64,000 nucleotides of DNA from Octopus sinensis (Eukaryota), in contig NC_043010.1 of NCBI RefSeq assembly GCF_006345805.1, positions 58,156,001 through 58,220,000 on the forward strand. The letters are read 5' to 3'. Below the pieces are notes generated by a model. That model searched no databases, was not told the DNA's origin, and saw only the letters and a list, made by a program, of their open reading frames with translations. Within the stretch, counting starts at the first letter, position 1. Every line of letters begins with the position of its first letter. Positions 25,134 to 37,779 of this stretch are shown here, in pieces. The position numbers and the translations under genes are program-made.

Positions 25134-27419
25134 ACTTGCAAATATTTCTGGACGACTGCATCACTTCTTTGAACAGAGGTAAAGAAGACTTCACAAAATT
25201 CATTAAATTAATAAATAGCATCTATGAATCAATCTACTTCTTTATTGAAATAATTGAAAGGGAGTTTCCCTTTTTTTTAGACATTCTGATAAAGAAAATA
25301 AGACAGTTACAGCAGATCTCTACTGCGAGAATACAGACACACACCATTATTTAGATTTTAAGTTTTGTCACCCATCACACATTAACAAGAACATCCCCTT
25401 CAATATAGCAAGATTCTTGACAACTATAGACTCAAATCGACGTAAGAAAATAACAGGTAAAATAAAATGTGTTCCTTCAGAAACAAAAATATCTCCCACA
25501 AAAACAAAGAAAGAATTGAGTTAAGGTATGTTAAAACTAAAGCAAAAGGGAGTCCAATATTTGTCTTATGGAAAAACACTTCTAATGAAGGCAAAGGGAA
25601 CAAACACAATCATAAATATTCTATTTGTAGTTACCTGTAATACTAGAAATTATAACATCATACATTTGGCTAAATGATACCTTTTAAATCTATACCAATC
25701 CTGAAATCTCAGAAAAATAATTAAAGAATCACAAATTATCAACAGATGAAGACAACCAGCAAATCTGAAAAAAATTTCTGACAAAGGGGAAATTCACAAG
25801 AGAGAAAGGAATAAGGCAAGGAACAAACTATGGAGACCATTGTAGTTGTGAAATAATTGAACAACAAAAAGATTTGAGAGTGAGAAGAAATTGAAAGTGA
25901 ATGCAAATATGAATTGCTAAACAAAAAAAATCTCATTTGCTGCATCACATACCCACAATGCAATGTGAATTACATCAGCCGAATAGGATCAAAAATTAAT
26001 CGTGTTAAAGTACAAAAACAACAAATCAAAGATATTTCTGTAAGAAATGTTCCATGTAGTGAACATTTAGATATTTGTGCAAATGGAAAATTCAAGATAT
26101 TACCTTTTTACCAAAATAAAAGAAAATGATAAGTTATGAAAGGCAAAAGATAAGAAAGAACATTTTATAGAATTCAAAATCTGAAACTAAAGCAAAAATA
26201 GGCAGTGCAACTACTGAAAACAACTTCTAAATGGAGAACCCAATAACGTCTCTGAAAAACGGTAAACTGTTGAAACACTTACAATATAAAAAATTTCCTC
26301 CCCAAAATTTCATGTCATTCTGTTATTTTTAAGATATTATATTATGATTAATCATTTTTAAAAATAATTAATGATTTTAGTGAAAGAAAATCTTGCTCAA
26401 ATATTGCGACTGTGTTTTTGCAAAATCTTTTTTAAATATATACCTTATATAAAATGCATGACTAAATCATTATAATCATCAATGCCTAAAGATATGATGT
26501 GTAATTGGTCACCTGCAGGTTGATGAAACAATTGTAAACCATGGAATAAATGTTATACCATAAACTCCACACATCACTTAGTACACACACACATTCGAGC
26601 GCGCGTGCACACACACACACACACATGCACACAGTGATAACTGGGAGTTTCCAAGGTGTATATGTGAGAAACACTCCTTTAAAACCCCAGAGATAATATG
26701 TCATAATAACTACATCAACAACAACCACACCATCATCACCACCATTGTGAGTGGCTTCTGAAGAAATGACAATCATTGATGGAAAGGACTGATAGAGATG
26801 ATTTGAGAGATGGAAGGTAGGAGGTGAGGGGGAAGGTGAGGTGAAACATGAGGGTAACAAATTATCTTTAAGTGATCAGCAATAGCAGTGCTGGTGGTGG
26901 TGGTAGTGCTGATGGCGTTGATGATAATGATTATGATGATGATGAAATTAACAAGTTGTTGATGATGATGGTGGTGTCGAAGATGATGATGATCGTGATG
27001 ATTGTGGATGATGATGATGATGGCGGCGATGATGGTCATGATGATGATAGTGGTGGTGGTGGTCGTTGTGATGACAATGGGGATAATGCAGTCGATGATG
27101 GTGATGATGTGGATGGTGATGATGATGAGGATGGTGATGCTGTACCTCCTTTAGCTGGTGCCTACTTTCACTTTCAACACTGCTTGATTAATTTTACCCT
27201 CCACTGATCTCTAATCTTGAAGCAAATCTCCCTTGTGTGTTGTAATCCTCAACAACAACAATCTAGAAAGAAATGCACACACACACACACACAGCCTATT
27301 GTGCATGTCTATGCATTTGTGCGCATGTGTGCGTACCTTAATAATTTTCTCTGATTTTTGGTATTTTCTTTATTGCTACATAACCCCACCTCACACATCG
27401 TCATAAATGTGTAATATAT

Positions 27420-27442
27420 TCAAGTACAGACATGCAGGCCTC

Positions 27443-27489
<47 letters not shown>

Positions 27490-28225
27490 TGTGTAAGTGT
27501 GTGTGTGTATCTACAGACACATACATTTATACACACACACAAATATATACATATATATATATATATACACACACAAACATATAGACACTTATGTGTTATA
27601 TATGTGTTATAATATCCTTTCCAACACTTAATTACATATCTATTTATATACTTATATAATATATATATATGTATGTGCATGCACAAACATGCACACACAC
27701 ACACACACACACACACTCACATATATATGTTTAAACACTTGTACATATATATACACACACATGAACATACATGTGTAGATATTTATATATACATGCTATA
27801 CATGTAGTTATGTATATGTGTATATATATATATAATTTTATATATACACACGCATACATACATAGATACACTCATATATTCATAACAGGCATATTATATG
27901 TACATACATGAACACATACACACACTTACAAACATGAAAGACACTTCACTGCATATATGAACATATTTTTACACGCAATAAATATGCATGTCTATATGCA
28001 TGTATACACCTATATACCTGCATACTTTTGCGTGTATACACACACACACTCATGCACACATACACATATGTGAGTTCAAATATGTATGTATGTATAAATG
28101 GGTGTGTGTGTATATATATATATATATGCATGTACATGTGCTTATGCATGAAAATGTATAGGCTGTTTATATGAGTACATGTACATGCCAAACTATGTAT
28201 GTGTCTATGTTTGTATGTATGTATG

Positions 28226-28266
<41 letters not shown>

Positions 28267-28310
28267 TGAAACATGCACATATGAATTTAGATGTGTGTGT
28301 GTGTGTGTGT
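27420..28310. repeat. Compound (TA)n/(CA)n microsatellite region
   Basis: Visible tandem repeats. Confidence 0.85.
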
Positions 28311-29200
28311 AAATTAGAGGTAGAGCAAAAATCAATAACATTGACTTTGATCTGGCAGTAAATCTTCTCGAATGATGCCAAGGTTTATTGCAATGAATAA
28401 AGGGGAAGCAATTTATGTTAGCATGCATGGAATATCCACAGATATCACATGCGATATACACCGTAATTGCATGCAGCTCATAGAATAATGATCTGTTCTT
28501 ATTGCTGATAAAATATGCAGCATTACTGCAACATGATGACGATGATGATGGTGGTGGTTGTTGCAGTGGTGTTGCAAGTTTGATGTATGCTGAGGTGTGT
28601 GGAGGTGGTGGTCATGGCAGGGGTGTGGCTGCACTATAATGGGGTGTATGCATATGTATGGTTGTTGTGATGTATTTTGTATGTTGTACATTTGAGGGTA
28701 GTATTGTGTCAGCGTGCGTGTATTTGCAAGTGTGTGTGTGTGTGTGTGTGTGCATATATGTGCATGTATAAAAATGTCTGTATGGTGTATGTAGATGTGT
28801 GTATGAACATGTGTGTCTACGTGTGTGTGTGTTTAGTAGTGCCAGAAGGAATGGTAAGCATGCAATTCCACCATTTCAGCACAGCAGACCTACACACATA
28901 TACACGTGTACAGAATTATATACATATATACGTATACGCAAATACACACATACACACATGCACAAATCTGTACACAGATGCAGCCATATACAAGTACACA
29001 AGACTTCTTGCTCATGTGAAGTAGACTCTCTTTAACACACACACACACACACAATATATGCATAAATACATATATACACTTGCCCATCAATCATCATAAT
29101 AAACAGCCCCTTTTTCACACATGAGTCCATACACAAATCTATCTGTAAAGATACACACACACACTCACTCACATATATGCATACCTACTCACCCACACAC

Positions 29201-29237
<37 letters not shown>

Positions 29238-29483
29238 TATATATGTGTGTGTGTGTGCGCGTGCGCACACACATCTACTTATATAATTATATATACACCT
29301 GCAACAACCCCCTCTACATACACACACTTATCTTCCTATACAAATAATACACACTTGTCTTCCTATATAAATCTACACACCTTTCTGGCTATATTAGTAT
29401 AAACACATCTTCCTATGTAAATCTACTTTCACACAGAGTTCTCATACATATAGCTACATACACATGCTCTAGACACACACACC

Positions 29484-29576
<93 letters not shown>

Positions 29577-29791
29577 CCTATATAGATACATAACAATTTA
29601 TGTGAGTCGATAATCTATATAATGAATTCATATACACACAGATATGGCCATTTATTTTATTTATGAATTACACACACACATATGTATACATAAGTCCATT
29701 AAGGTATTGATATGTTGGTGTGTATATATATATATATATATATATACATACATACATACATATATATTTATTTATACATATATACATACAT

Positions 29792-29861
<70 letters not shown>

Positions 29862-30116
29862 GAAAGTGCATAAGTATGTATCTATGTATATATGTACATG
29901 TAGATGTATGTATGTATGTATGTGTATGTGTGTGTGTGATCTTTGGTTGACAATAAGAAATATATTTTGTTCCTAAACGAAAAATCCCATCAGAGGAGAG
30001 ACAGATATGCAGCTTTGTATAAATCCTTCCACACAAAATGTAATCACAAAAATTGCTCTCTTCATTAAATACACATATATATACATACATATATATATAT
30101 GTGTGTGGATATATAC

Positions 30117-30812
30117 TTTTACCTTGTTTTTATGGTTATACCTATAGGTTTCGGATTTTTTAGTAAATAAAATAAAATAATTTAATTTACCAGGAAAAAC
30201 AAAGTAAAAGTTTTTAGTTTTCATTTCCTTTGAAATTGCTTAAATTTTTCTGTGGTCTTCAGGCGTTTCGACTGTCTCCTAGCATGTAGAAATTGCCTGT
30301 TATGGGTAATTTCTCTTTGTGTTTAAATGTACACCATTTTATATTGAATAATATGTCATCTATTGACTTTTTATGCATGCTAGGCCACTGGTAGTAAATT
30401 TATAAAAACTTAATACCCTATATAGATATCTAAGTATTGTTATTAGCTTTTCAAAGTTCATTTTAGCATTCTTCATTTTCTGCTGACTGACACTACGCTT
30501 GCGTTGTGGATTTTGAAATAATTATAACATATAGAGATGAGACACATGCTGTCAGTCTCATAATTATAGGTTAGTCTTGGATGGCTCGGTTACTGAAGAG
30601 GATTTGCCTGGTAAATTAAATTATTTTATTTACTAAAAAAATCTGAAACCTATAGGTGTAACTGTAAAAACGAGGTAGAAGTTTTTATTTTTCATTCACT
30701 TTGAAATTGATTAATTTTTGTGGTCATCAGGCATTTCGACTGTCTCCTAGCATGTAGAAATTGCCTGTTATGGGTAATTTCTCTTTGTGTTTAAATGTAC
30801 ACTATTTTATAT
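30117..30812 (+). mobile_element. PLE-like pLTR fragment: direct repeat plus inverted hammerhead half
   Basis: Direct repeat 30195-30342 ~ 30666-30812; inverted repeat 30117-30194 vs 30607-30680; hammerhead-like motif 30588-30663. Confidence 0.6.
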
Positions 30813-30829
30813 ATATATATATATATCAT

Positions 30830-31085
30830 CATCGTCATCATTTAACGTACATTTTCCATACTAGCACAGGTTGGACAGTTCGACCAGTGTCTGGGAAGCA
30901 AGAAGGCTGCACCAGGCTCCAGTCTGATCTGGCAATGTTTCTACGGGTGGATGCCCTTCCTAGCACCAACCACTCCGTGAGTGTAGTGGGTGCTTTTTAT
31001 GTGCCACCGGCACATGTGCCAGGGTAGGCTGTCAGTGGCCACGATCGGTTGGTGCTTTTTATGTGCCACTGGCACAGGTATTCAC
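30830..31085 (-). mobile_element. RTE LINE 3'UTR-derived repeat (family D)
   Basis: (CAT)n tail followed by family D sequence. Confidence 0.75.
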
Positions 31086-31209
31086 AACTACAATTTCTGG
31101 ATATCCTGCATTACCTCTGGATATCCTTGTTGCTTATTTTGATTATATATATATATATATATATATGTAATATCCATATGCATACATATACATATATGCA
31201 TATTTATGC

Positions 31210-31397
31210 ATTGTCAGTGGCACGTAAAAAGCACCCACTATAATCACGGAGTGGTTGGTGTTAGGAAGGGCATCCAGCTGTAGAAATACTGCCAGATCAG
31301 ACTGGAGCCTGGTGCAGCCTCCTGTCTTCCCAGACCCTGGTCAGACTGTCCAACCCATGCTTGCATGGAAAACGGACATTAAATGATGATGATGATG
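31210..31397 (+). mobile_element. RTE LINE 3'UTR-derived repeat (family D)
   Basis: Family D sequence ending in a (GAT)n tail; inverted relative to 30830-31085. Confidence 0.75.
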
Positions 31398-31399
31398 AT

Positions 31400-31610
31400 C
31401 CATATTTATACATATATACACACACACATATATATACACACATGTACATATATCCATATATCCACATATATACATACACATATATATACATATGTATAAA
31501 CACCTGCATCCACGCACATATCCATATGTACATATATACATATATATATATATACATATATATATACATACATATACATACATACATATATACATACATA
31601 TATATATATA

Positions 31611-31663
<53 letters not shown>

Positions 31664-31739
31664 CATACATATATACATACATACATACACATACATATAT
31701 ATATATATATATTATACATATATATATATATACTATATA

Positions 31740-31770
<31 letters not shown>

Positions 31771-31777
31771 TAATATA

Positions 31778-31854
<77 letters not shown>

Positions 31855-31859
31855 CATAC

Positions 31860-31902
<43 letters not shown>

Positions 31903-31903
31903 C

Positions 31904-31934
<31 letters not shown>

Positions 31935-31963
31935 ATATATATATATATAATACATATATATAT

Positions 31964-31995
<32 letters not shown>

Positions 31996-32123
31996 CATAA
32001 TATATATATATTATACATATATATATATATATATATATCATATATATATATATACATACATATATATATTATATATATATATATAGATATATATATATAC
32101 TACATATATATATATATATACAT

Positions 32124-32199
<76 letters not shown>

Positions 32200-32230
32200 C
32201 ATATATATATACACATATACATATATATAC
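31400..32230. repeat. ~830 bp (TA)n-dominated array
   Basis: Visible tandem repeats; the source of many YIYI pseudo-ORFs. Confidence 0.95.
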
Positions 32231-32952
32231 ATCCAACACCCATACATACACTAATATGTGCCCAATTGTATTAATCTCCCTCACCACCCCTGCTACCTGA
32301 CCCCCACCTCTGTAGCACCAATCCACACAATTAATCTAAATATGGTCTTTGACAGATAAGACACAACCAGGAATGAGAAATCACGTTGGGTCACAAAAGC
32401 CAAACGTTGTAATAAGCAGCTCCTCCTCGTTTCGTGTAGCTGCCAATTATTGCTATCTGTCCTTGCCAAATTGCACCTCAACTATTACCTTCTAAATCTA
32501 GAGCTCATACAACATGTTTTAATATTCCTTCTGGAATCGGTATTTGCCTTTGCATTAACCCACCATCTCCAGGCAGCAGCTATTATTCTTCTCTCCATTT
32601 CATCTCTCGTTCCTTATATTCCAAAAACACAATTTACTTTCAACGGTTTATTAAGATTTTTCTGATTTCAGAAACAAATCTAATATTTTATTTACAATTT
32701 CTCTTCTACAAATTCTCTAAATAATTTATGAATACACATTATTCCCAAAATATGTGTGATGCATGTGTGAGTGTATAAGAGAGAGAGAATGAAAGACACA
32801 CACACATGCATGTACTAATGTATATAAATGTGTATCGTACATATTTTGGGAATATTTTCCATCCCTTTGCCAGGCTGAACTGCTGAAATCTACAAGTTTT
32901 TACCATTCTCTCTCTCTTTATTTCCTCTTATTCCTTTCTACAGAAGAGCGTA

Positions 32953-34016
32953 CACTGGCAAAAATAAATTTAAGACCGATGATAAAAGTTCTATGTCTTA
33001 CAAAATATTTTGTTACTAACACCATACAGATTATTTCTATCTTTTACACCTTATGCTGAATTTATTTCTCTTTCGAATGATGCAGACAATAACTAATTTT
33101 ATACAACTTGAAGAATTCTAATGCTAAATTAATATAAACGTTTCAAATTTACCGGCAAAATTAGTTTAAAACCATGTAATATGTATGCAAATTTTTTTGC
33201 CAAAATGGGTGGTGGTCACACAACTAGCCTAACTGCACTACATAGTGTTATAATTTAACATTATTATAGAATTAATTAATAATGGGAAAACAACGTAGCC
33301 TCAGTCTAATCACAAGAACAAAAATCGTATTACTCCACCAGCAAAAAGTTTACTTTTCGAACATCAGCAAGCAACTAAAGTACAGGAAAAAGGCTTGCAT
33401 GCAACCGTGGAAGTTATACTCGGAGACAGGTCAATATAAAGATCGGCAAAGGACTGACACCCCAAGAAAAATTATGGCGCAGTTGGACCGTCAAATCCAC
33501 CGACTTTCAGAAGGCAACTGAATGCTGACAGCCGTTGACATTTGTAAACAATTGTCCAATGAGAATGATGTTATTTTTACAACACAAACCGTCCACAACC
33601 GTTTGAGAGAATTTGGACTACATGGACGAGTCGTTAGGAAAAAGCCAATAATATCCAAAAGAAGTTGACTCAGACGCCTTAATTTTGCAAAAAGCCATGC
33701 TCGAAGGACTGCTAAAGATTGGTGCAGGGTCCTTTGGAGTGACGATTCACGCTTCTGTATATTTGGATCAGATGGTAAAACATACGTCAGACATTGCCCA
33801 ACCAAAGAATTCCATCCGAAATGCTTGAAAAAGACGGCACAAGCGGGTGGTAGGGGTGTGATGGTGTGGGCGGCATTTAGTTGCTTTGGTGTTGGCCCTC
33901 CAGTTAAAGTTGATGGAAAGCTAAATAGTGTAGGTTATATGAATCTACTAAAGGATAATCTTGTGCCATAATTGACTCACCAAATGCCTCCGGGGGCTAT
34001 TTATTAGCAGGACAAT
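32953..34016 (+). mobile_element. Tc1-like DNA transposon, 3' truncated, transposase pseudogene
   Basis: TA|CACTGGCAAAAATAAATTTAAGACC left end. One frame from ATG 33282 gives an HTH-like N-terminus, RVVRKKPIIS, VLWSDDSRF, GGRGVMVWAAFS and QDN, with in-frame stops at 33519, 33666, 33969 and 34005. Confidence 0.9.
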
Positions 34017-36196
34017 AGTCAAAAATGAGATCCTAAAAGTATATTGTAAACTTCTCTGCCCCTGCAACCAATCTGTCCATAACATGTTTCTTCCCTACAA
34101 CTCATCTTCTCACCATTCATCCCTCCATTACTCTACTAACTACGGCACTATTTCATCCTGCTGCAATTATTTGAGAGCAGAACTGCACATATTCTTCCCC
34201 CATGTTTATGCTACTAGCTATCGCTTTCCTTGGAACCCCTTCTTTTTGTCACCCATCCTGAATTCTCAGGATCATCCCTTAACATTTTATTTTGTGCTAA
34301 CTACTCATTTCCACTGAACATCCTCTCGTATCTCCCTTCAATCATTGTTCATCACTCACTATACCTATTCCTACACACCTCTGACCTCCATCTCTGATAC
34401 TGTCTATTCCTTTCTCTCTTTCTCCCCTCGCACACTTTACTTCATCTCCCTACTTCTCGTCTCTCTATGTTTTTTCTATACTGCCATTCTCCAGCCTCCC
34501 TTTATGTATTACCTCCTCCCCCTACTTCATCCACTCCTAATTTCTTTACATTCCTCCAAACTGATACTCCCCATTGTCCATGCCTCCACCATGTTCGTCA
34601 CTCACTGTGTTCACTTCTATCCTCATGTCTGCTGTCTGTCACCCTTTCACAAACCTCCCTACCCACTCAGCCAACCTTGTATCTCTGTCCCTTACTCTCT
34701 CTTTATCCATGTTCCCATACCTTGATGCTTCACCTTGACCATCCTCTCACTTTTCTCATGGTGTAGCTACAAGGCTACTATTTCGGTCCCTCTATCATAA
34801 TTTCAAACTGTCAACTTCTGGCACAAATGCACACCCTGCAATCCTGCAGCCCCACTCAGCTGTGGAACCTACTTTTTGCAAGTAACTTGGTGACCTGACT
34901 TGTGCTGACTTGTCACACACAAAAAAGTCACCCAGTTCCCTCTGTGGGGCAGCTGGCATGAGAAAAGGCCTCCAACTATGGAAACCAGGCCTAAACTAAG
35001 ACATTGGAGCTCAGGGCAGTCATCTGGCTTGTTGGATCTTATTGACCCATACCACAAGGCCAGCAATTTCAGGGCTGAGGTAAAGTTAATTACACTGACC
35101 CCAATGCTCAACTGGTACATATTCCATCAACCTCGAAAGGATGAAAGCAAAGTCAATTTTAGCAGAATTTGAACTGTGAATGTAAAGAAGGATGAAATGG
35201 CAGAAAAGTTTTGGCCAATGTGGCCATGATCCTGGAAGCCTTCCACCAAATACAAAGTATGACCAAAGTAATTGTTAACAAGAAGCTGGGTTGGTGAGTG
35301 AGGAAGAGTTGGGATAAGAGGAAGGGGAGACATTCATTGTATTATGCTGGACCCGGAGGAGGGGAAGTATACATGTTGCTAGTTCAGAGGAATGGAGACT
35401 TTTCTAGTGGCGATAGATGAAAGAGAGAGAGAGGACCACGAGTCATAGTGAGTTGGTCATTAGGAGAATAACTTCTTTTTAGATTTCGTTCAGGATATCC
35501 GTGTGTGACTGACATTCATTTGGTTATGATGATGAGGGTTCCAGTTGATCTGATCAATAGAACAGCCTGCTTGTGAAGTTAATATGCAATTGGCTGAGTA
35601 CCCCTCAGACATTGTGTTCCCTTAATGTAGCTTTTAGGGAGATTCAGTGTGACACAGAATATGGCAAGGCTGGCCCATTGAATTACAGGTACAACTCATT
35701 TTTGCCAGCTGAGTGGACGGGGGCAATGAGAAATAGAGAGTCTTGCTCAAGGAATCTGTGTTGATTCCTTGAGGCTTATTACATCGGAAATATGTGAACA
35801 ATACTGTAATGTGGCTGAAGGCCATGAGTGTGAGTCATTCTGGATATGTTGACAATATTCTCGTACTGCAGCAACACTGCTAAATAAATGAGTAACCTGG
35901 ACTGTAACCCTAGGATATGTGTATATATTTGACAGCCATTCTGACCCAGATATATGACCATTTCACTATGTGGCTCATCTACTTGAGCCATGTAGTGGTC
36001 AGAAACTGACCTATATTGAAATATTTCTTATTCCTGGGCCAGCTCAGCAGATTCTCCCAAAGGAATTTCAGTCAAGTAGTAGGTAGAGGAGTGACAGAAG
36101 GATGGGTGTTAGGGGGCTTTTAGGACGATGCATGATGGGCCAGAAAGAGTGTAGGGGGAGGGCCCAGTATGTACAAACTTAAGAAACATGCTTTAA

Positions 36197-36416
36197 CCCT
36201 TTCGTAACTGTATTTATTTTGAGATGCTCTGTGTTTCTTTCAATTACTTTAAATGTAACAAAGAATTCAGTAAAATAACTTAGTTATCATTAAGCTGGTG
36301 TTAGGAACATAAATTGTGACTAAGGTTTGGGGGAAGATTTTAATTCAAAACTTATGAAAACAAGACATTTGTACTGAGAGCCAGAGCTGGTTTCATTTGG
36401 GTTGGTAACGAAAGGG
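36197..36416. mobile_element. piggyBac-type MITE
   Basis: TTAA|CCCTTTCG...CGAAAGGG|TTAA; 220 bp. Confidence 0.85.
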
Positions 36417-36469
36417 TTAAGGATCTTACTTTGGCTGTGATAGATATATCTTCTCAAGAACATTGAATC

Positions 36470-37200
36470 ACCTATCATCTGGGGCCTTTGTCATCTCCTC
36501 TGTGAAGCTCAAGTTATTGAGCTTCACAGGGCCATGTCTTCCAGGGCCTCCTTCATCCAGAAGTTCCATCCACATTTCATGATCAGCACTTACCTTTGCT
36601 GCAGTCTTTCGCCATTTGCACCACATGACCAAACCATCAGTCTTCTCTCTTGCACACCATATCTCACTCCTTTTATGCCCATTTTGTTTTCTCAACACAC
36701 TTGCACTTTTTGTACATGCACACTGATGTTGCACATCCAATAAGGTATGCTAGCTTCTTTGCTTTTAAGTCTTTCCATGTCCTCTGTATTCAGGGCCCAT
36801 GTCTCTCTACCATGTTGCATTGCAATTGATACACAAGTAACATACAATATTCATTTACCTGAAGAATGCAGTCTTGTTTATTTTTTGGCTTACTAAAACT
36901 TTGGTCTTTGCTAAGTTATCTTTGTGGTTTTTAATTGTAGGTTTTGCCTCCAGAACTGGAATTTCTATAATTTCATTCCTGATTCACCAATAAGAGCATG
37001 GTTGTCAGTATTAAGGAGTTCTTGTGGGCAACCAGTGATAAACTTCTTTGCCATGACCGGGAGGATTTTGATGAAAAGGAGGCAACTGAGAACCAAGTTT
37101 TGGTGAACTCCTACCTGTATTCTAAATTTATTGCTATACTTATTTATAACTCTCATCTTATTCATAGCATTTCTGTAACTCTCACAAGCCATTCATCTAC
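36470..37200 (-). mobile_element. RTE-clade LINE remnant (RT and C-terminus)
   Basis: Decayed VGVHQNLVLSCLLF, TGCPQELLNTDNHALI (~LLYADDLALI) and a WMCNVS-like / GRPRKTW-like C-terminus. Confidence 0.8.
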
Positions 37201-37556
37201 CTCTTGCTTCTTCCAAGACTACCAGATCACAGAGCAAGAAACCTCCTCTAAGCTGATGAATGCCAAGTGCAATGGCTTTCTTTTAGCTAAGTATTTCTCC
37301 TGAAGTTAAATCATTAGAAAGAGAACATTAGTAGTTCTTCTCTCGAACATAAAACCAAACTGCATCTCATCTAACCAAATTCTGTTCCTAATTAATTGGG
37401 CAATAACGCTTTCTGTAATTTTCCTGACTTGGTCCAGCAATTAGATTTTTCAGTAATTATTTCTCTCTAAGGCATTTCCTTTATGCTCATAACAGTTGAC
37501 TATAATGCTGCTATACCAGTCATTTGGGATATCTTCCTGTATAAGCTTATCAACTA

Positions 37557-37779
37557 TACAAGGGGCTGCTGAAAAGTTCCTGGCTTTGAGGGTATCACAA
37601 AAGGTCTGGTTGGAGGCCCAGCCTTCGAAGCTCTTTTACAGAGCCTAAAAAACTGAAGGACTGCTGCAATAAGTGTGTGAATCTGAGAGGGGAATATGTT
37701 GAGTAAAATCATAATTCATGGATCCTCCTGCATTTTATTTTACCCAAAGCCAAGACCTTTTCAGCCCCACCCCCTCATA
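37557..37779 (+). mobile_element. mariner-derived MITE
   Basis: Imperfect TIRs TACAAGGGGCTGCTGAAAAGTTCCTGGCTTT / AAAGCCAAGACCTTTTCAGCCCCACCCCCTCATA. Carries a transposase C-terminus remnant KLKDCCNKCVNLRGEYVE*. Confidence 0.75.

Larger units (their letters stand above)
23960..26290 (+). mobile_element. Penelope-like retroelement remnant (RT + GIY-YIG), pseudogenised and interrupted
   Basis: Collinear decayed motifs: KTSNYYGLPKICK (~24085), KLYPIVARP...VPSFIRD (24416-), VLDNNYF...QDTAMGTKIAP (~24715-24795), FLDD (25145-), TDTHHYLDFKFCHPSHI (~25335), and KNLICCITYPQCNVNYI (GIY-YIG, ~25925). Hammerhead remnant at 26252-26285. Confidence 0.88.

Noticed and set aside
30250-30275. Minus-strand GTCGAAACGCCTGAAGACC (and copy at ~30720-30745)
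   Set aside because: Only 3 nt separate GAAA and CUGA, too few for stems III and I; not a valid hammerhead topology.
34030-34800. Pyrimidine-rich ORFs (34345-34725, 34467-34766)
   Set aside because: Low-complexity CT-rich sequence; no recognisable domain.
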